This document shows, in pieces, positions 48,405 through 59,301 of a stretch of DNA of 64,000 bases. Under the pieces are notes generated by a model. It was not told the origin of the DNA, did not search any database, and was given only the letters and a program-made list of their open reading frames with translations. Origin of the DNA: an uncultured Veillonella sp. (GTDB lineage Bacteria > Bacillota > Negativicutes > Veillonellales > Veillonellaceae); NCBI RefSeq assembly GCF_900538355.1, contig NZ_UPXS01000003.1, one strand, 5' to 3'. The position numbers and the translations under genes were made by a program. Every line of letters starts with the position of its first letter. Position 1 is the stretch's first letter.

Positions 48405-50840
48405 TTGTTAAGCTTTTTACAAAGGCTATTAGGCAATAATAACGCAAAAGAAATTAAAAAAATGCGTGCTATTGCTGATCATATTAATGAAATTGAACCG
48501 AATTATGTTAAATTAAGTGATGCTAACTTAGTAGCAAAAACCGATGAGTTTAAACGTCGTTTGCAAAAAGGGGAAACGTTAGACGACATTTTGCCAGAAG
48601 CATTTGCTGTAGTTCGCGAAGCATCTAAACGCGTGTTAGGCATGCGTCATTTTGATGTACAGTTGATCGGTGGTATTTGCCTTCATAGAGGTAATATCGC
48701 GGAAATGCGTACTGGTGAAGGTAAAACATTAGTTGCTACATTGCCAGTATATCTAAATGCTTTGACAGGTAATGGTGTACATGTTGTTACAGTAAATGAT
48801 TATTTGGCTACTCGTGATAGTGAACAAATGGGTCGTTTATATAACTTCTTAGGCCTTTCTACAGGTCTTATTGTGGCTAATCTCGATTTTAACCAACGTA
48901 AAGAAGCATATGCATGCGATATTACATATGGTACAAATAATGAGTTTGGTTTTGACTATTTGCGCGATAACATGGTATCCGATGTAGCTCAAATGGTACA
49001 ACGTCCATTGAATTACGCAATTGTCGATGAAGTTGACTCTATTCTTATCGATGAAGCGAGAACTCCATTATTTATTTCTGGTCCTGGTCAACGTTCCACA
49101 GATAATTACTACAAGTTAGCTAAAATTGTTCCTCATCTTGTAAAAGATGAAGATTATACGATTGATGAAAAACAAAAGACTATTGCACCTACTGACTCTG
49201 GTATCGCAAAAGTCGAAAAAATGCTTGGTGTTGAAAACTTGTATGATGCTGAAAACATCGAGTTGAACCATCTACTTGGTGCCTCTCTACGTGCTTATGC
49301 TATGATGCATCGCGATACGGATTACGTAGTTAAAGATGGTGAAGTTGTTATTGTCGATGAATTTACAGGTCGTTTGATGTTTGGTCGTCGTTATTCTGAT
49401 GGCTTACATCAAGCTATCGAAGCTAAAGAAGGATTGAAGGTTGAACGTGAAAGTCAAACATTGGCTTCCATTACATTCCAAAACTATTTCCGTATGTATA
49501 ATAAGCTTGCTGGTATGACTGGTACAGCAAAAACAGAGGAAAAAGAATTCATCGATATTTACGGTTTGGAAGTATTGCCTATTCCTCCAAATAAGCCATT
49601 AGCCCGTGTAGATTTGCCAGATCAAATCTTTAAAACTAAGGCTGCTAAATATCGTGCTGTAGTACGTAATGCTGTAGAACGCCATCAAACTGGTCAACCT
49701 ATCTTGATTGGTACTACATCTATTACACAATCTGAAGAGCTTTCAGATATGTTATTACGTGCAGGCGTACCACATAAAGTATTGAATGCAAAACATCATG
49801 AAAAAGAAGCTGAAATTGTTGCCGATGCTGGTCAAATGGGCATGGTAACAATTGCTACAAACATGGCAGGTCGTGGTACTGATATTACATTAGGGGAAGG
49901 TGTACCTGAATTAGGTGGCTTAGCTATCCTAGGTACTGAACGTCATGAAAGTCGCCGTATCGATAATCAGTTGCGTGGTCGTGCTGGTCGTCAAGGTGAC
50001 CCAGGTTCCTCTCAATTCTTCTTATCCTTAGAAGATGATTTGATGCGTATCTTTGGTGCTGACAATATTACAGGCATCATGGATAAACTTGGCATGGAAG
50101 AGGATGAACCTATTGAGCATTCTTTGATTACTAAATCTATTGAACGTGCTCAAAAGAAAGTAGAGGATCATAACTATAATATTCGTAAATATGTACTCGA
50201 GTATGATGATGTTATGAATCAACAACGTGAAGTATTATACGAACAACGTCGTCGTATTTTACGTAATGAGTCCTTACGTGACACAATCAATGAAATGATT
50301 GATAAACTTGTTACTGAATCTGTAGATGCTTATGCAGATGAAAAATTATATCCAGAAGAATGGGATTACGAAGGTCTCTACAAGCACTTGAGTCAATATT
50401 TCTTAACCGAAGATATTATGACTCCTCAAGATATGGAAGAATATAGTCGTCAAGAATTATTAGAACGCTTGCTTGAAATTGCTCATGCTGAGTACCAAGA
50501 TCGCGTTGATATGCTTGGTGATGCTATGTTTGGCCAACTTGAAAAGGCTATTATGTTGCGCGTTGTTGATAACAAATGGATGGAACATTTGGATAATATG
50601 GATATGTTGCGTGAAGGTATCGGCCTTCGTGCATATGGCCAAAAAAATCCATTGGTGGAATATAAATTTGAAGCCTTTGATATGTTCCAAAACATGATTG
50701 CTGCTATCCAAGATGAAACAATCATGGCGTTGTACAAAATTCGTGCACAATTGATTCAAGAAATTGAAGAACCAGTTGACCACTTAGAAGGTGCACAACC
50801 CCATCATGAAGATGTGTTGGAGCCACAAAACATAGATTAA
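48405..50840 (+). CDS. secA: preprotein translocase ATPase SecA
   Basis: DEAD-like motor with Walker A MRTGEGKT, followed by the preprotein cross-linking domain. Start TTG 48405 gives [10 protein letters not shown], matching the conserved SecA N-terminus, with AGAGGAG 8 nt upstream. The ORF-track ATG 48381 has no RBS. Confidence 0.92.
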   Translation: MLSFLQRLLGNNNAKEIKKMRAIADHINEIEPNYVKLSDANLVAKTDEFKRRLQKGETLDDILPEAFAVVREASKRVLGMRHFDVQLIGGICLHRGNIAEMRTGEGKTLVATLPVYLNALTGNGVHVVTVNDYLATRDSEQMGRLYNFLGLSTGLIVANLDFNQRKEAYACDITYGTNNEFGFDYLRDNMVSDVAQMVQRPLNYAIVDEVDSILIDEARTPLFISGPGQRSTDNYYKLAKIVPHLVKDEDYTIDEKQKTIAPTDSGIAKVEKMLGVENLYDAENIELNHLLGASLRAYAMMHRDTDYVVKDGEVVIVDEFTGRLMFGRRYSDGLHQAIEAKEGLKVERESQTLASITFQNYFRMYNKLAGMTGTAKTEEKEFIDIYGLEVLPIPPNKPLARVDLPDQIFKTKAAKYRAVVRNAVERHQTGQPILIGTTSITQSEELSDMLLRAGVPHKVLNAKHHEKEAEIVADAGQMGMVTIATNMAGRGTDITLGEGVPELGGLAILGTERHESRRIDNQLRGRAGRQGDPGSSQFFLSLEDDLMRIFGADNITGIMDKLGMEEDEPIEHSLITKSIERAQKKVEDHNYNIRKYVLEYDDVMNQQREVLYEQRRRILRNESLRDTINEMIDKLVTESVDAYADEKLYPEEWDYEGLYKHLSQYFLTEDIMTPQDMEEYSRQELLERLLEIAHAEYQDRVDMLGDAMFGQLEKAIMLRVVDNKWMEHLDNMDMLREGIGLRAYGQKNPLVEYKFEAFDMFQNMIAAIQDETIMALYKIRAQLIQEIEEPVDHLEGAQPHHEDVLEPQNID

Positions 50841-50961
50841 GATTTGTGAATGGCACGTTGCTCAATGGGATTTCCTTCTGGGCAACGGCCATTTTTCTAT
50901 TTTATTAAGGTGATAGTTTATCGATGTAATAAGCTAATAAGTTAAAGGTGGTGAACATAAA

Positions 50962-52069
50962 TTGTTAGAAGATTTAAAACCTATTATTTCTAATCTAGAA
51001 GAACGTATTTATGGAATGAGGGATTCACTTTAACATCGCTCAGAAAGAAGATCGAATCTTTACACTTGATGTGCAAATGAGCGACCCTACATTTTGGGAT
51101 GACCCAGACAAGGCTCGTGAGATTTCTCAAGAAGCCACACAATTGAAAAATGCTGTAGAAAGCTATAAACAACTTGTTAGTGATATTGAAGATGCTAATG
51201 TAATGCTTGAGATGGCAATAGAGGAAGATGATCGTTCTCTAGAAGGTGAAATCAAGGATTATGTTCAACAAATAGAAGAAACGGTAGAAAAACAAGAAGT
51301 TCTTTTATTGCTTAGTGGTGAATATGATGCTAATAATGCGATTTTAACATTCCATGCTGGTGCAGGTGGCACAGAGGCACAAGATTGGTGTTCCATGCTG
51401 ATTCGCATGTACTTGCGTTGGGCTGAAAAAGCAGGATTCTCTATTGAATTGATGGATGAACAACCAGGTGATGAGGCGGGCACAAAATCTGCTACATTTT
51501 TAATTAAAGGTGAAAATGCCTTTGGTTATTTGAAATCTGAAAAAGGTGTACATCGTCTAGTACGTATTTCACCATTTGATGCTGCTGCACGTCGTCATAC
51601 ATCCTTTGCTGCTGTTGATGTAATGCCGGAAATTGATGATACAGTAGAAATTAATATTGATATGAAAGATGTACAAGTAGATACATATAGAGCTAGCGGT
51701 GCTGGTGGTCAGCATATTAATAAAACAGATTCTGCTGTACGTATGACGCATAGACCAACAGGTATCGTAGTACAGTGTCAAACTCAACGTTCTCAAATGC
51801 AAAATAGGGAACAAGCATTACGTTTATTGCGTGCTAAATTATTTGAATTAGAATTAGAAAAACAAGCAGAACTTAAAGAGCAAATTGGTGGTACCTATCA
51901 AGCGATTGAATGGGGTAGTCAAATTCGGTCGTATGTATTCCACCCATATAATCTCGTTAAGGATCATCGCACAGGGGTTGAAACAGGGAATGTACAATCC
52001 GTTATGGATGGTAATTTAGATCAATTTATGGAAGGTTTCTTGAAAAAAGAAGCGAATTTAACAATTTAG
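50962..52069 (+). CDS. prfB: peptide chain release factor 2, requiring a programmed +1 ribosomal frameshift
   Basis: ORF1 (TTG 50962, GGTGGTG RBS) encodes LLEDLKPIISNLEERIYGMRDSL and stops at TAA 51031-33. The +1 frame continues N-IAQKEDRIFTLDVQMSDPTFWDD... through the GGQ motif (SGAGGQHINKTDSAVR) to 52069. The shift site is CTT TAA C, preceded by the SD-like GAGGGA. Confidence 0.85.
51019..51034 (+). promoter_or_regulatory. prfB +1 frameshift cassette (internal SD-like GAGGGA + CUU UAA C)
   Basis: aGGGAttcaCTTTAAC. The stop at the shift site is UAA rather than the canonical UGA. Confidence 0.7.
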
Positions 52070-52077
52070 GAGTTCTT

Positions 52078-52773
52078 ATGAAAAAGTTTTTACTATTCCT
52101 ATTAGTGCTGATTATTGCTTTAGCAGCAGCAACTCAATTTTTATTACCTTCTTATATTAGTTCCCGTATTGAAAAACAGTTAAATGATTCACTAAAACCA
52201 TCTGCTCAAACGGTAAATGTTGAGTCTCAACCAGGATTTAAATTACTCTATGGTGAAGCTGATCATGTATATGGTTCTTTAGATGATGTAAAACTTGGTA
52301 AATTAAACTTTGCAAACTTCAATTATGATGCAACACAAATTCTTGTAAATCCAATTTCATTATTGGCTAGCCAAGAAATTGATGTAGTAAGTGTAGGTAG
52401 TTCTAGTATCGAAGGTACTGTGACTAATGAAGATTTGGCTAAATTCTTAAGCACTCAAGCTGGTAGTGAAATTCAAGATGTAAAAGTAAACATCAATAAA
52501 GATAACATCAGCTTAACTGGTAACATGAATGTTGGTATGGTATTTAAAGGTTCTGTTAGATTAGATGGCAACTTAGAATTAAAGGATAATACTTTACTAT
52601 TCGCACCTAAAAAGTTCACCATTAATGGCGCTACTATCCCAGGTTTGACATCTAATGTATTAGAGGCTACAGAAGTTTATAACTTTAATAACTTCCCAAT
52701 TCCTGTGAAAGCTGAAAGCTTAACTGTTGATAATGGTGAAATTCACATCAAAGTTAAACCTGTACTTAATTAG
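52078..52773 (+). CDS. hypothetical N-terminally membrane-anchored protein
   Basis: 231 aa. N-terminal TM helix (FLLFLLVLIIALAAA), then a beta-rich soluble domain. No motif recognised. Confidence 0.5.
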   Translation: MKKFLLFLLVLIIALAAATQFLLPSYISSRIEKQLNDSLKPSAQTVNVESQPGFKLLYGEADHVYGSLDDVKLGKLNFANFNYDATQILVNPISLLASQEIDVVSVGSSSIEGTVTNEDLAKFLSTQAGSEIQDVKVNINKDNISLTGNMNVGMVFKGSVRLDGNLELKDNTLLFAPKKFTINGATIPGLTSNVLEATEVYNFNNFPIPVKAESLTVDNGEIHIKVKPVLN

Positions 52774-52785
52774 AAAGGATTTATC

Positions 52786-54828
52786 GTGAATCATCGGAAT
52801 ACACAAAAAAGTAAGTACTCTTGGATTCTAATACTCTGTATTATAGTGGGACTTGTATCCTCTTTATATTTAGTATTTGAACGCCATCAGATTGAAAAAT
52901 CTCAAAATCATATTGAAAATATCGTAGATTATGATGCTGTTCTAAGAGCTAATGCCTTTGAAAAGCGTAGTCAACAAGAGGCTTTTGATGCACTTCGTAA
53001 TGCAGGTGTAACAGCATTCGCCATTTATGATCGTACCTTAGAAAAAGCTAAAGATTCAGGTCAAGTTAAGGTGTTAAGCTCCGAAGAGATGGATGCAGTG
53101 CGTATTAATGGGGCATCCGTTAAAAATGGTGCAACCTACGTAGCATTAATTTCAGGTAAAGAAGGCTATTATAAAGAAATTCGCGAAGACTTGTATCATC
53201 GTATTGGTAAAGATAAAGTTAAAGAGCTTAATACTAGTATTGGTCCGGTCCTTGAATTATATGGTGCTACCGCTGATAGCTATCTAAAAATGAATCTTGG
53301 TATTTCCAAGCTACAAGCTCAAGAAGTTGCTAATCGTGGATTTAATGTTATAGTTCGTCCTACAAACTACAGAAATGTAACATCAGATGACCTCCAATAT
53401 GTGTTTAAGCGTCTTGAAGGAATTCCACATGTAACAGGCATGATCTTTGCTGGTAAAGAGGCCCTAGGAGCTCCTGATTTAACGGATGAAACATTAGAAC
53501 TATTACATAAGAATCATATTCCTCTAGTTGGTATTGAAGCCGTTAACCAACTTCAATATGAGCCACAACAAGGTTTCTTGGAAATGGCTGCTAAAGATAA
53601 TTATAGTGTGGGCCGTGTATATACAATTGCTAAGGATGAATTAAAGAAAATCACTCCAGAAGAAGCAGCTCAACGATTCTATATTAGTGATATTGAACGT
53701 AATATTCGTTTTAACTTATTCCCTATGTATGAAACAGGTGTAAACAATGAAACAGTATTACAAACAACTATTAACTATATTGGGATGACCACTGAAAAAT
53801 TATCTACTAAAGGTTATGAATTCGGTCCTGCTGATATTTATCCTCCTTATACGCCAAATCCTTTATTAGTAGTCATCACAATGATTGGTGCTATTGCGCT
53901 ATTCGTTTATGTTGCTCAAATGTTAGTTCCAATGCGTAAACATACACAATTGGTAGCATTCTTTGGCATTTCCCTTGTATCTGTAGTATTATTCATCATT
54001 ACAAGTGGTACATTGATTACTCAAATCTGGGCTTTATCTAGTGCTATTATGGCTCCTGTAGGTGCCATGATTCGCTTGATGGAGGAATGGCGTCGTTATG
54101 ATGGAGCTCGTCCATTAGGTGCTATTAAATCTACCGTATTAGCAGTGCTTTATCTCGTAATTGCTGCATTATTTGCGGCTATTGGCGGTATGTATATTGC
54201 ATCTTTATTAGGAAATACGAAATTCTTTATGGAATTTGCTATCTTTAGAGGTGTTAAGTTAACATTTGTACTTCCAATTGTATTGGTGATCATCGCGTAC
54301 TTACAACGTTTCCCTTTGTGGAAAGGTCGTATGATTAACTCTAAAGAAGAAGCAAAGAAATTTGTAGTTGAATTCTTAACAATGGATGTTAAATTTTACG
54401 TATTCTTTGTAATGGCTGCTCTTGGTGGCGTGGCATGGGTATTTGTTGGCCGCAGTGGTCATACAGCAGGTGTTCCTGTACCAGGATTTGAACTTATGCT
54501 TCGTCGTTTCCTTGAAAATACATTGTATGCAAGACCTAGAGAAAAAGAGTTCATTATTGGTCACCCAGCATTAATGTTGGCTACGTTTGCATTCTTACGT
54601 AAATGGCCTACAGTAATCCATTTCTTATTAACTATTGCAGGTGTTATCGGCATAGCTTCAATGGTTGAAACATTCTGTCATATTAGAACTCCTGTATTCA
54701 TGTCTATTATGCGTGGATATGATGGTTTATTAATTGGTGCTCTCTTAGGTTTGCTTCTTATCATTGCTGTACGTTTCATGATGTATGTAACACAATGGTT
54801 CCAAGCGCGGGAGGTTGACCATGAGTAA
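52786..54828 (+). CDS. large polytopic membrane protein (DUF5693-like; usually encoded next to csaB)
   Basis: 680 aa. The N-terminal region is periplasmic-like and the C-terminal half is hydrophobic with about 8 TM segments. It overlaps the csaB start. GTG start. Confidence 0.6.
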   Translation: MNHRNTQKSKYSWILILCIIVGLVSSLYLVFERHQIEKSQNHIENIVDYDAVLRANAFEKRSQQEAFDALRNAGVTAFAIYDRTLEKAKDSGQVKVLSSEEMDAVRINGASVKNGATYVALISGKEGYYKEIREDLYHRIGKDKVKELNTSIGPVLELYGATADSYLKMNLGISKLQAQEVANRGFNVIVRPTNYRNVTSDDLQYVFKRLEGIPHVTGMIFAGKEALGAPDLTDETLELLHKNHIPLVGIEAVNQLQYEPQQGFLEMAAKDNYSVGRVYTIAKDELKKITPEEAAQRFYISDIERNIRFNLFPMYETGVNNETVLQTTINYIGMTTEKLSTKGYEFGPADIYPPYTPNPLLVVITMIGAIALFVYVAQMLVPMRKHTQLVAFFGISLVSVVLFIITSGTLITQIWALSSAIMAPVGAMIRLMEEWRRYDGARPLGAIKSTVLAVLYLVIAALFAAIGGMYIASLLGNTKFFMEFAIFRGVKLTFVLPIVLVIIAYLQRFPLWKGRMINSKEEAKKFVVEFLTMDVKFYVFFVMAALGGVAWVFVGRSGHTAGVPVPGFELMLRRFLENTLYARPREKEFIIGHPALMLATFAFLRKWPTVIHFLLTIAGVIGIASMVETFCHIRTPVFMSIMRGYDGLLIGALLGLLLIIAVRFMMYVTQWFQAREVDHE

Positions 54829-55921
54829 TATTGTTATCTCTGGTTATTATGGTTTTGGTAATGCTGGCGATGAAGCAATGCTTTGTGCCATTATCGATGC
54901 CATTCGCAAAGAGGAAGCAGATGCGTATATTACGGTTATTTCTGGTAATCCTACAGAGACAAGCAAAAAACATAACATTCATGCAGTGGGGACATTTTCC
55001 GCATTTGGTATTTTAAATGCAATTGCCAATTCTGATTTAGTGATCAGTGGTGGAGGCAGTCTTTTACAAGATGCTACAAGTATTCGTAATACATATTACT
55101 ATTTAAGTATTATGGCTTTAGCTAAAATGATGGGAAAAAAGGTAATGCTTTACTCTCAAGGTATTGGGCCTTTAAATCGTCCCTCTACACGAAGAGCTGT
55201 TAGCTTTATATTGCGATTTGTGGATACCATTACAGTTCGTGATTCTATTTCAAAATCTGAATTAGAGTCCTTAGGAATTGAAGATGTAGAGGTTACAGCT
55301 GATGCTGTTTTGGCTATGCAACCGGCAGATTTGTCTATTGGTAAACGTATTTTAGAAGGCTATACATCTAAACTACCTAAATCTATAGAGAATCCAAAAC
55401 GAATTGGTGTTGCTGTTCGTAGTTGGAAAGATGATACAGAATATCGTGAATCATTAGCCAATGTGTTGAGCCGATTACAAGAGCAAGATGAGGTAGAAAT
55501 TATTTTTATTCCTATGTCTCATCCAGAGGATACAAAAGAAGCTAAAATTATCGCTAGTTATATGCCAAAGGGGGCTATTGTTCTTGAAGGCCCATTCTCT
55601 ACAGAGGAACAAGTATCCTTATCGGGGAATGTGGATCTAATGATTGGTATACGTCTTCATGCTCTAGTATTTAGCTCTTTAATGGGGAAACCTGTTATTG
55701 GTATTTCCTACGATCCTAAAATTACAAGCTTCTTACATATGATTGGTCAGGAACCAATAGGAACAATGACACATCTTAGAGAAGAGGCGCTATATCAGCG
55801 ATGTCATAAGCTCTTAAATTCCAGAGAAGAGTATCAATCCTCTTATGATCGTATTGAAGCATTGCGTTTAAACTCTCAACGCAATGCAGAAATCGCTATT
55901 TCATTACTTAAAGATTATTAA
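54815..55921 (+). CDS. csaB: polysaccharide pyruvyl transferase CsaB
   Basis: 368 aa. The N-terminus ISGYYGFGNAGDEAM is the CsaB signature. Confidence 0.8.
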   Translation: MTMSNIVISGYYGFGNAGDEAMLCAIIDAIRKEEADAYITVISGNPTETSKKHNIHAVGTFSAFGILNAIANSDLVISGGGSLLQDATSIRNTYYYLSIMALAKMMGKKVMLYSQGIGPLNRPSTRRAVSFILRFVDTITVRDSISKSELESLGIEDVEVTADAVLAMQPADLSIGKRILEGYTSKLPKSIENPKRIGVAVRSWKDDTEYRESLANVLSRLQEQDEVEIIFIPMSHPEDTKEAKIIASYMPKGAIVLEGPFSTEEQVSLSGNVDLMIGIRLHALVFSSLMGKPVIGISYDPKITSFLHMIGQEPIGTMTHLREEALYQRCHKLLNSREEYQSSYDRIEALRLNSQRNAEIAISLLKDY

Positions 55922-55954
55922 TATATTGGATCCAATCCAGAAAGTGAGGTCTCT

Positions 55955-56791
55955 ATGGCTACATTAACACAAGATGTTAAACAACTAGTTCAAGAGAAGG
56001 CAAAAGCTATTCGCGTTAGTATTGTTCAGTCTGTAACGGCAGCAAAATCCGGTCATCCAGGTGGTTCTTTATCTATCGCTGATGTGATGGCCTTGTTGTA
56101 CTATGTAGAAATGAATGTAGATCCAGCAAATCCAAAAGCTCCAAATAGAGATCGTTTTGTCCTTTCTAAAGGTCATGCAGCTCCTGCTTTATATGCTACA
56201 TTGGCTGAAAAAGGTTATTTCCCTAAAGAAGAACTTTTGAATTTACGTAAAATTGACCATATGTTACAAGGCCATCCTGATATGAAACATACACCAGGCG
56301 TAGATATGTCTACAGGCTCCTTGGGCCAAGGCATTTCAGCCGCATGTGGCATGGCATTGGCCGGAAAAATTGATAATGCAGATTATCGCGTTTACACGAT
56401 CCTAGGTGATGGTGAACTTGAAGAAGGTCAAGTATGGGAAGCAGCTATGTTTGCTGGTCATTATAAACTCAATAATTTGACAGCTTTCGTTGATTTCAAC
56501 GGTCTTCAAATCGATGGCGATATTACAAAAGTACTGTCTCCATTACCAATTCCTGAGAAATTTAAAGCGTTTAATTGGAATGTTATTGAAGTCAATGGCC
56601 ATGATCTTGATGAACTTCATAATGCCATTGAATCTGCAAAAGCTTTCACAGAAGGCCCAACATGCATTGTAATGCATACTGTAAAAGGTAAAGGCGTAGC
56701 TGAAATGGAAGGCCAAGCAGGTTGGCATGGTAAAGCGCCTAGTGCAGAGCAAGGTGAAACCTTTGTTAATGAAATTATGGGGGTACAATAA
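55955..56791 (+). CDS. transketolase, N-terminal (TPP-binding) subunit
   Basis: 278 aa. GHPGGSLS and GDGELEEG (TPP-binding GDG) motifs. Split two-gene transketolase. Confidence 0.88.
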   Translation: MATLTQDVKQLVQEKAKAIRVSIVQSVTAAKSGHPGGSLSIADVMALLYYVEMNVDPANPKAPNRDRFVLSKGHAAPALYATLAEKGYFPKEELLNLRKIDHMLQGHPDMKHTPGVDMSTGSLGQGISAACGMALAGKIDNADYRVYTILGDGELEEGQVWEAAMFAGHYKLNNLTAFVDFNGLQIDGDITKVLSPLPIPEKFKAFNWNVIEVNGHDLDELHNAIESAKAFTEGPTCIVMHTVKGKGVAEMEGQAGWHGKAPSAEQGETFVNEIMGVQ

Positions 56792-57723
56792 TGGGTAAAG
56801 CAACACGTGAAGCATATGGTAATGCGTTAGCTCGCATTGGTAAAGAAAATACAAATATTATCGTATTAGATGCAGATTTATCTAAATCTACTAAAACTGA
56901 TACATTTAAAAATGTCTGCCCTGATCGTTTCTTTAATGTAGGTATTGCAGAACAAAACTTGATTTCTGTTGGTGCCGGACTTGCAGCAGCAGGCAAAATT
57001 CCATTTGTTTCTTCCTTTGCTATGTTTGCAACAGGTCGTGCATTTGAACAAATTCGGAATGCTGTATGTTATCCAAAATTGAATGTAAAAGTATGTGCTA
57101 CTCATGCTGGTATTACTGTAGGTGAAGATGGTGCTACACATCAAAGCTTGGAAGATATTTCTTGTATGCGTACTTTACCTAATATGACTGTAGTAGTACC
57201 TGCAGATGAACGTGAAACAGAAGCAGTAGTTGAATGGGCTGCATCTTATAAAGGTCCTGTATATGTTCGTTTAGGCCGTGCTGGTGTGGATGATGTAACT
57301 GCTGAAGGTTATACATTTGTGCCAGGTAAATCTACTACATTGGTAGAGGGCTCTGATGTTACAATTATCGCTTGCGGTGCATTAGTTGGTCCTGCTGTAG
57401 AGGCGGCTAAAACATTAGCTGAATCTAATGTGTCTGCCCGCGTTATCAATATGGCTTCTATTAAGCCTATCGATGCAGAGGCAATTGTAAAAGCAGCTAC
57501 TGAAACAGGTGCTATTGTAACAGCAGAAGAACATAATATCATTGGTGGTCTTGGTTCTGCTGTGTCTGAAGTTGTTGTGGCTAATAAGCCTGTTCCTATG
57601 GAATTCGTTGGTGTACAAGATACATTTGGGGAGAGTGGTACGCCAAAAGAATTGATGGCTAAATATGGTTTGACAGCAAAAGACATTGTAGAAGCAGTAA
57701 AACGTGTAATCACTCGTAAATAA
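56791..57723 (+). CDS. transketolase, C-terminal (pyrimidine-binding) subunit
   Basis: 310 aa. IAEQN motif. Overlaps the upstream stop (ATGA). Confidence 0.88.
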   Translation: MGKATREAYGNALARIGKENTNIIVLDADLSKSTKTDTFKNVCPDRFFNVGIAEQNLISVGAGLAAAGKIPFVSSFAMFATGRAFEQIRNAVCYPKLNVKVCATHAGITVGEDGATHQSLEDISCMRTLPNMTVVVPADERETEAVVEWAASYKGPVYVRLGRAGVDDVTAEGYTFVPGKSTTLVEGSDVTIIACGALVGPAVEAAKTLAESNVSARVINMASIKPIDAEAIVKAATETGAIVTAEEHNIIGGLGSAVSEVVVANKPVPMEFVGVQDTFGESGTPKELMAKYGLTAKDIVEAVKRVITRK

Positions 57724-57737
57724 TCAAAGGGGATCCC

Positions 57738-58424
57738 ATGATTGAATTTAAGAATGTTAGTAAAGTCTATGTTAATGGTTCTGTTGCATTAGACGATGTG
57801 TGTTTAACTATAAATGAGGGCGAATTTGTCCTCATTTGTGGTCACAGCGGTGCAGGGAAATCAACTCTATTTAAATTGTTAACTCATGAAGTGGTACCTG
57901 ATTCTGGTACTGTCATTGTTGATGATTTTGATGTTACGCGTATGAAGCGTAGTAAAATTCCAAAATTACGTAGAAAACTTGGTGTTGTATTCCAAGATTT
58001 CCGTTTATTACCAAACAAAACGGTATCAGAAAATATTGCCTTTGCGCTTGAAGTAATTGAAGAGAAACCAAAGGTAATTAAGGAAAAGGTAAGTCATGTA
58101 CTAGAACTTGTTGGCTTAAGTGATAAAGCAAATGATTTACCAGAGGATTTATCTGGTGGTGAACAACAACGTGTTGCTATTGCTCGCGCTATTGTAAATC
58201 GTCCATCTGTACTTATTGCCGATGAACCGACTGGTAACTTAGATCCTGATACAAGTAAAGGTATTGTAGATTTGTTTAAGCATATCAATAATTTTGGCAC
58301 AACTGTTATTATGGTTACCCATAATATGGATCTTGTTTCGTATTTAAATAAACGTGTTATTCGTCTTAAAGATGGTCGCGTTCAAAGTGATAATATGAGA
58401 GGTGCAGAAATTAATGAAGCCTAG
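57738..58424 (+). CDS. ftsE: cell division ATP-binding protein FtsE
   Basis: Walker [10 protein letters not shown], signature [14 protein letters not shown], Walker [12 protein letters not shown]. Confidence 0.9.
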   Translation: MIEFKNVSKVYVNGSVALDDVCLTINEGEFVLICGHSGAGKSTLFKLLTHEVVPDSGTVIVDDFDVTRMKRSKIPKLRRKLGVVFQDFRLLPNKTVSENIAFALEVIEEKPKVIKEKVSHVLELVGLSDKANDLPEDLSGGEQQRVAIARAIVNRPSVLIADEPTGNLDPDTSKGIVDLFKHINNFGTTVIMVTHNMDLVSYLNKRVIRLKDGRVQSDNMRGAEINEA

Positions 58425-59301
58425 AACATTGAAATACTTTTTTAAAGAAGCCCTCAAATCTATGAAGCGTAACGGTCTTATGACGTTAGCATCTATTTCT
58501 ACAGTGGCTTTATCTTTATTTATGCTTGGTGTATTCCTTTGCGGTGTTATCAATTTGAATAACATGGCATCTAGTTTAGAAAACCAAGTTCAATTGAGCA
58601 TTTATTTAAAAGATGGGTTAACAACTGACCAAATTATGGCGGTAGGTAAGCAAATTAAAGCTATACCAAATCTTAAGCATTTAGAGTTTGTTAATAAAGA
58701 ACAAGCGATGAAAGAATTCAAAGCACGCCTAGGTGATCAACAACAATTGGTAAATGCATTAGGCGATGTAAATCCATTGCCAAACTCTTATGTATTAACC
58801 TTTGACAATCCTAGTGATGTTAAGGCTACAGCTAAACTAGCCACTACATTCCAAGGTGTTGAAAGTACACATTATGGTCAAGATATTGTAGAAGAACTTT
58901 TCCGAATTACTCAAGTAATCAGAATTGGTGGTATTGTATTAATCGCATTCTTAGCAGCAGCTACATTATTCATCATTTCTAATACAATTCGCTTGACTGT
59001 ATTCGCCCGTCGTAAAGAAATTGCCATTATGAAATATGTTGGTGCTACCAATGGTTTTATTCGCTGGCCATTCTTGATTGAAGGTATGTTGTTGGGCTTA
59101 GTTGGGGCTGTAATCGCCGTACTTTGTGTAGGTGAGTTTTACCATTTCATTACCATGGAAGTTTCTGAGTCTTTAGCATTCTTCCCATTAGTACCAATGT
59201 TCCCATTCTTCTATGATGTGGCTATCTATATTTTAGGTGGCGGTATTATAGTCGGTGCTATTGGTAGTACGATTTCTTTAAAACAATACATGAAGGTGTA
59301 A
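58402..59301 (+). CDS. ftsX: cell division permease FtsX
   Basis: 299 aa with 4 TM segments and a large first periplasmic loop. Overlaps ftsE. Confidence 0.85.
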   Translation: MQKLMKPRTLKYFFKEALKSMKRNGLMTLASISTVALSLFMLGVFLCGVINLNNMASSLENQVQLSIYLKDGLTTDQIMAVGKQIKAIPNLKHLEFVNKEQAMKEFKARLGDQQQLVNALGDVNPLPNSYVLTFDNPSDVKATAKLATTFQGVESTHYGQDIVEELFRITQVIRIGGIVLIAFLAAATLFIISNTIRLTVFARRKEIAIMKYVGATNGFIRWPFLIEGMLLGLVGAVIAVLCVGEFYHFITMEVSESLAFFPLVPMFPFFYDVAIYILGGGIIVGAIGSTISLKQYMKV

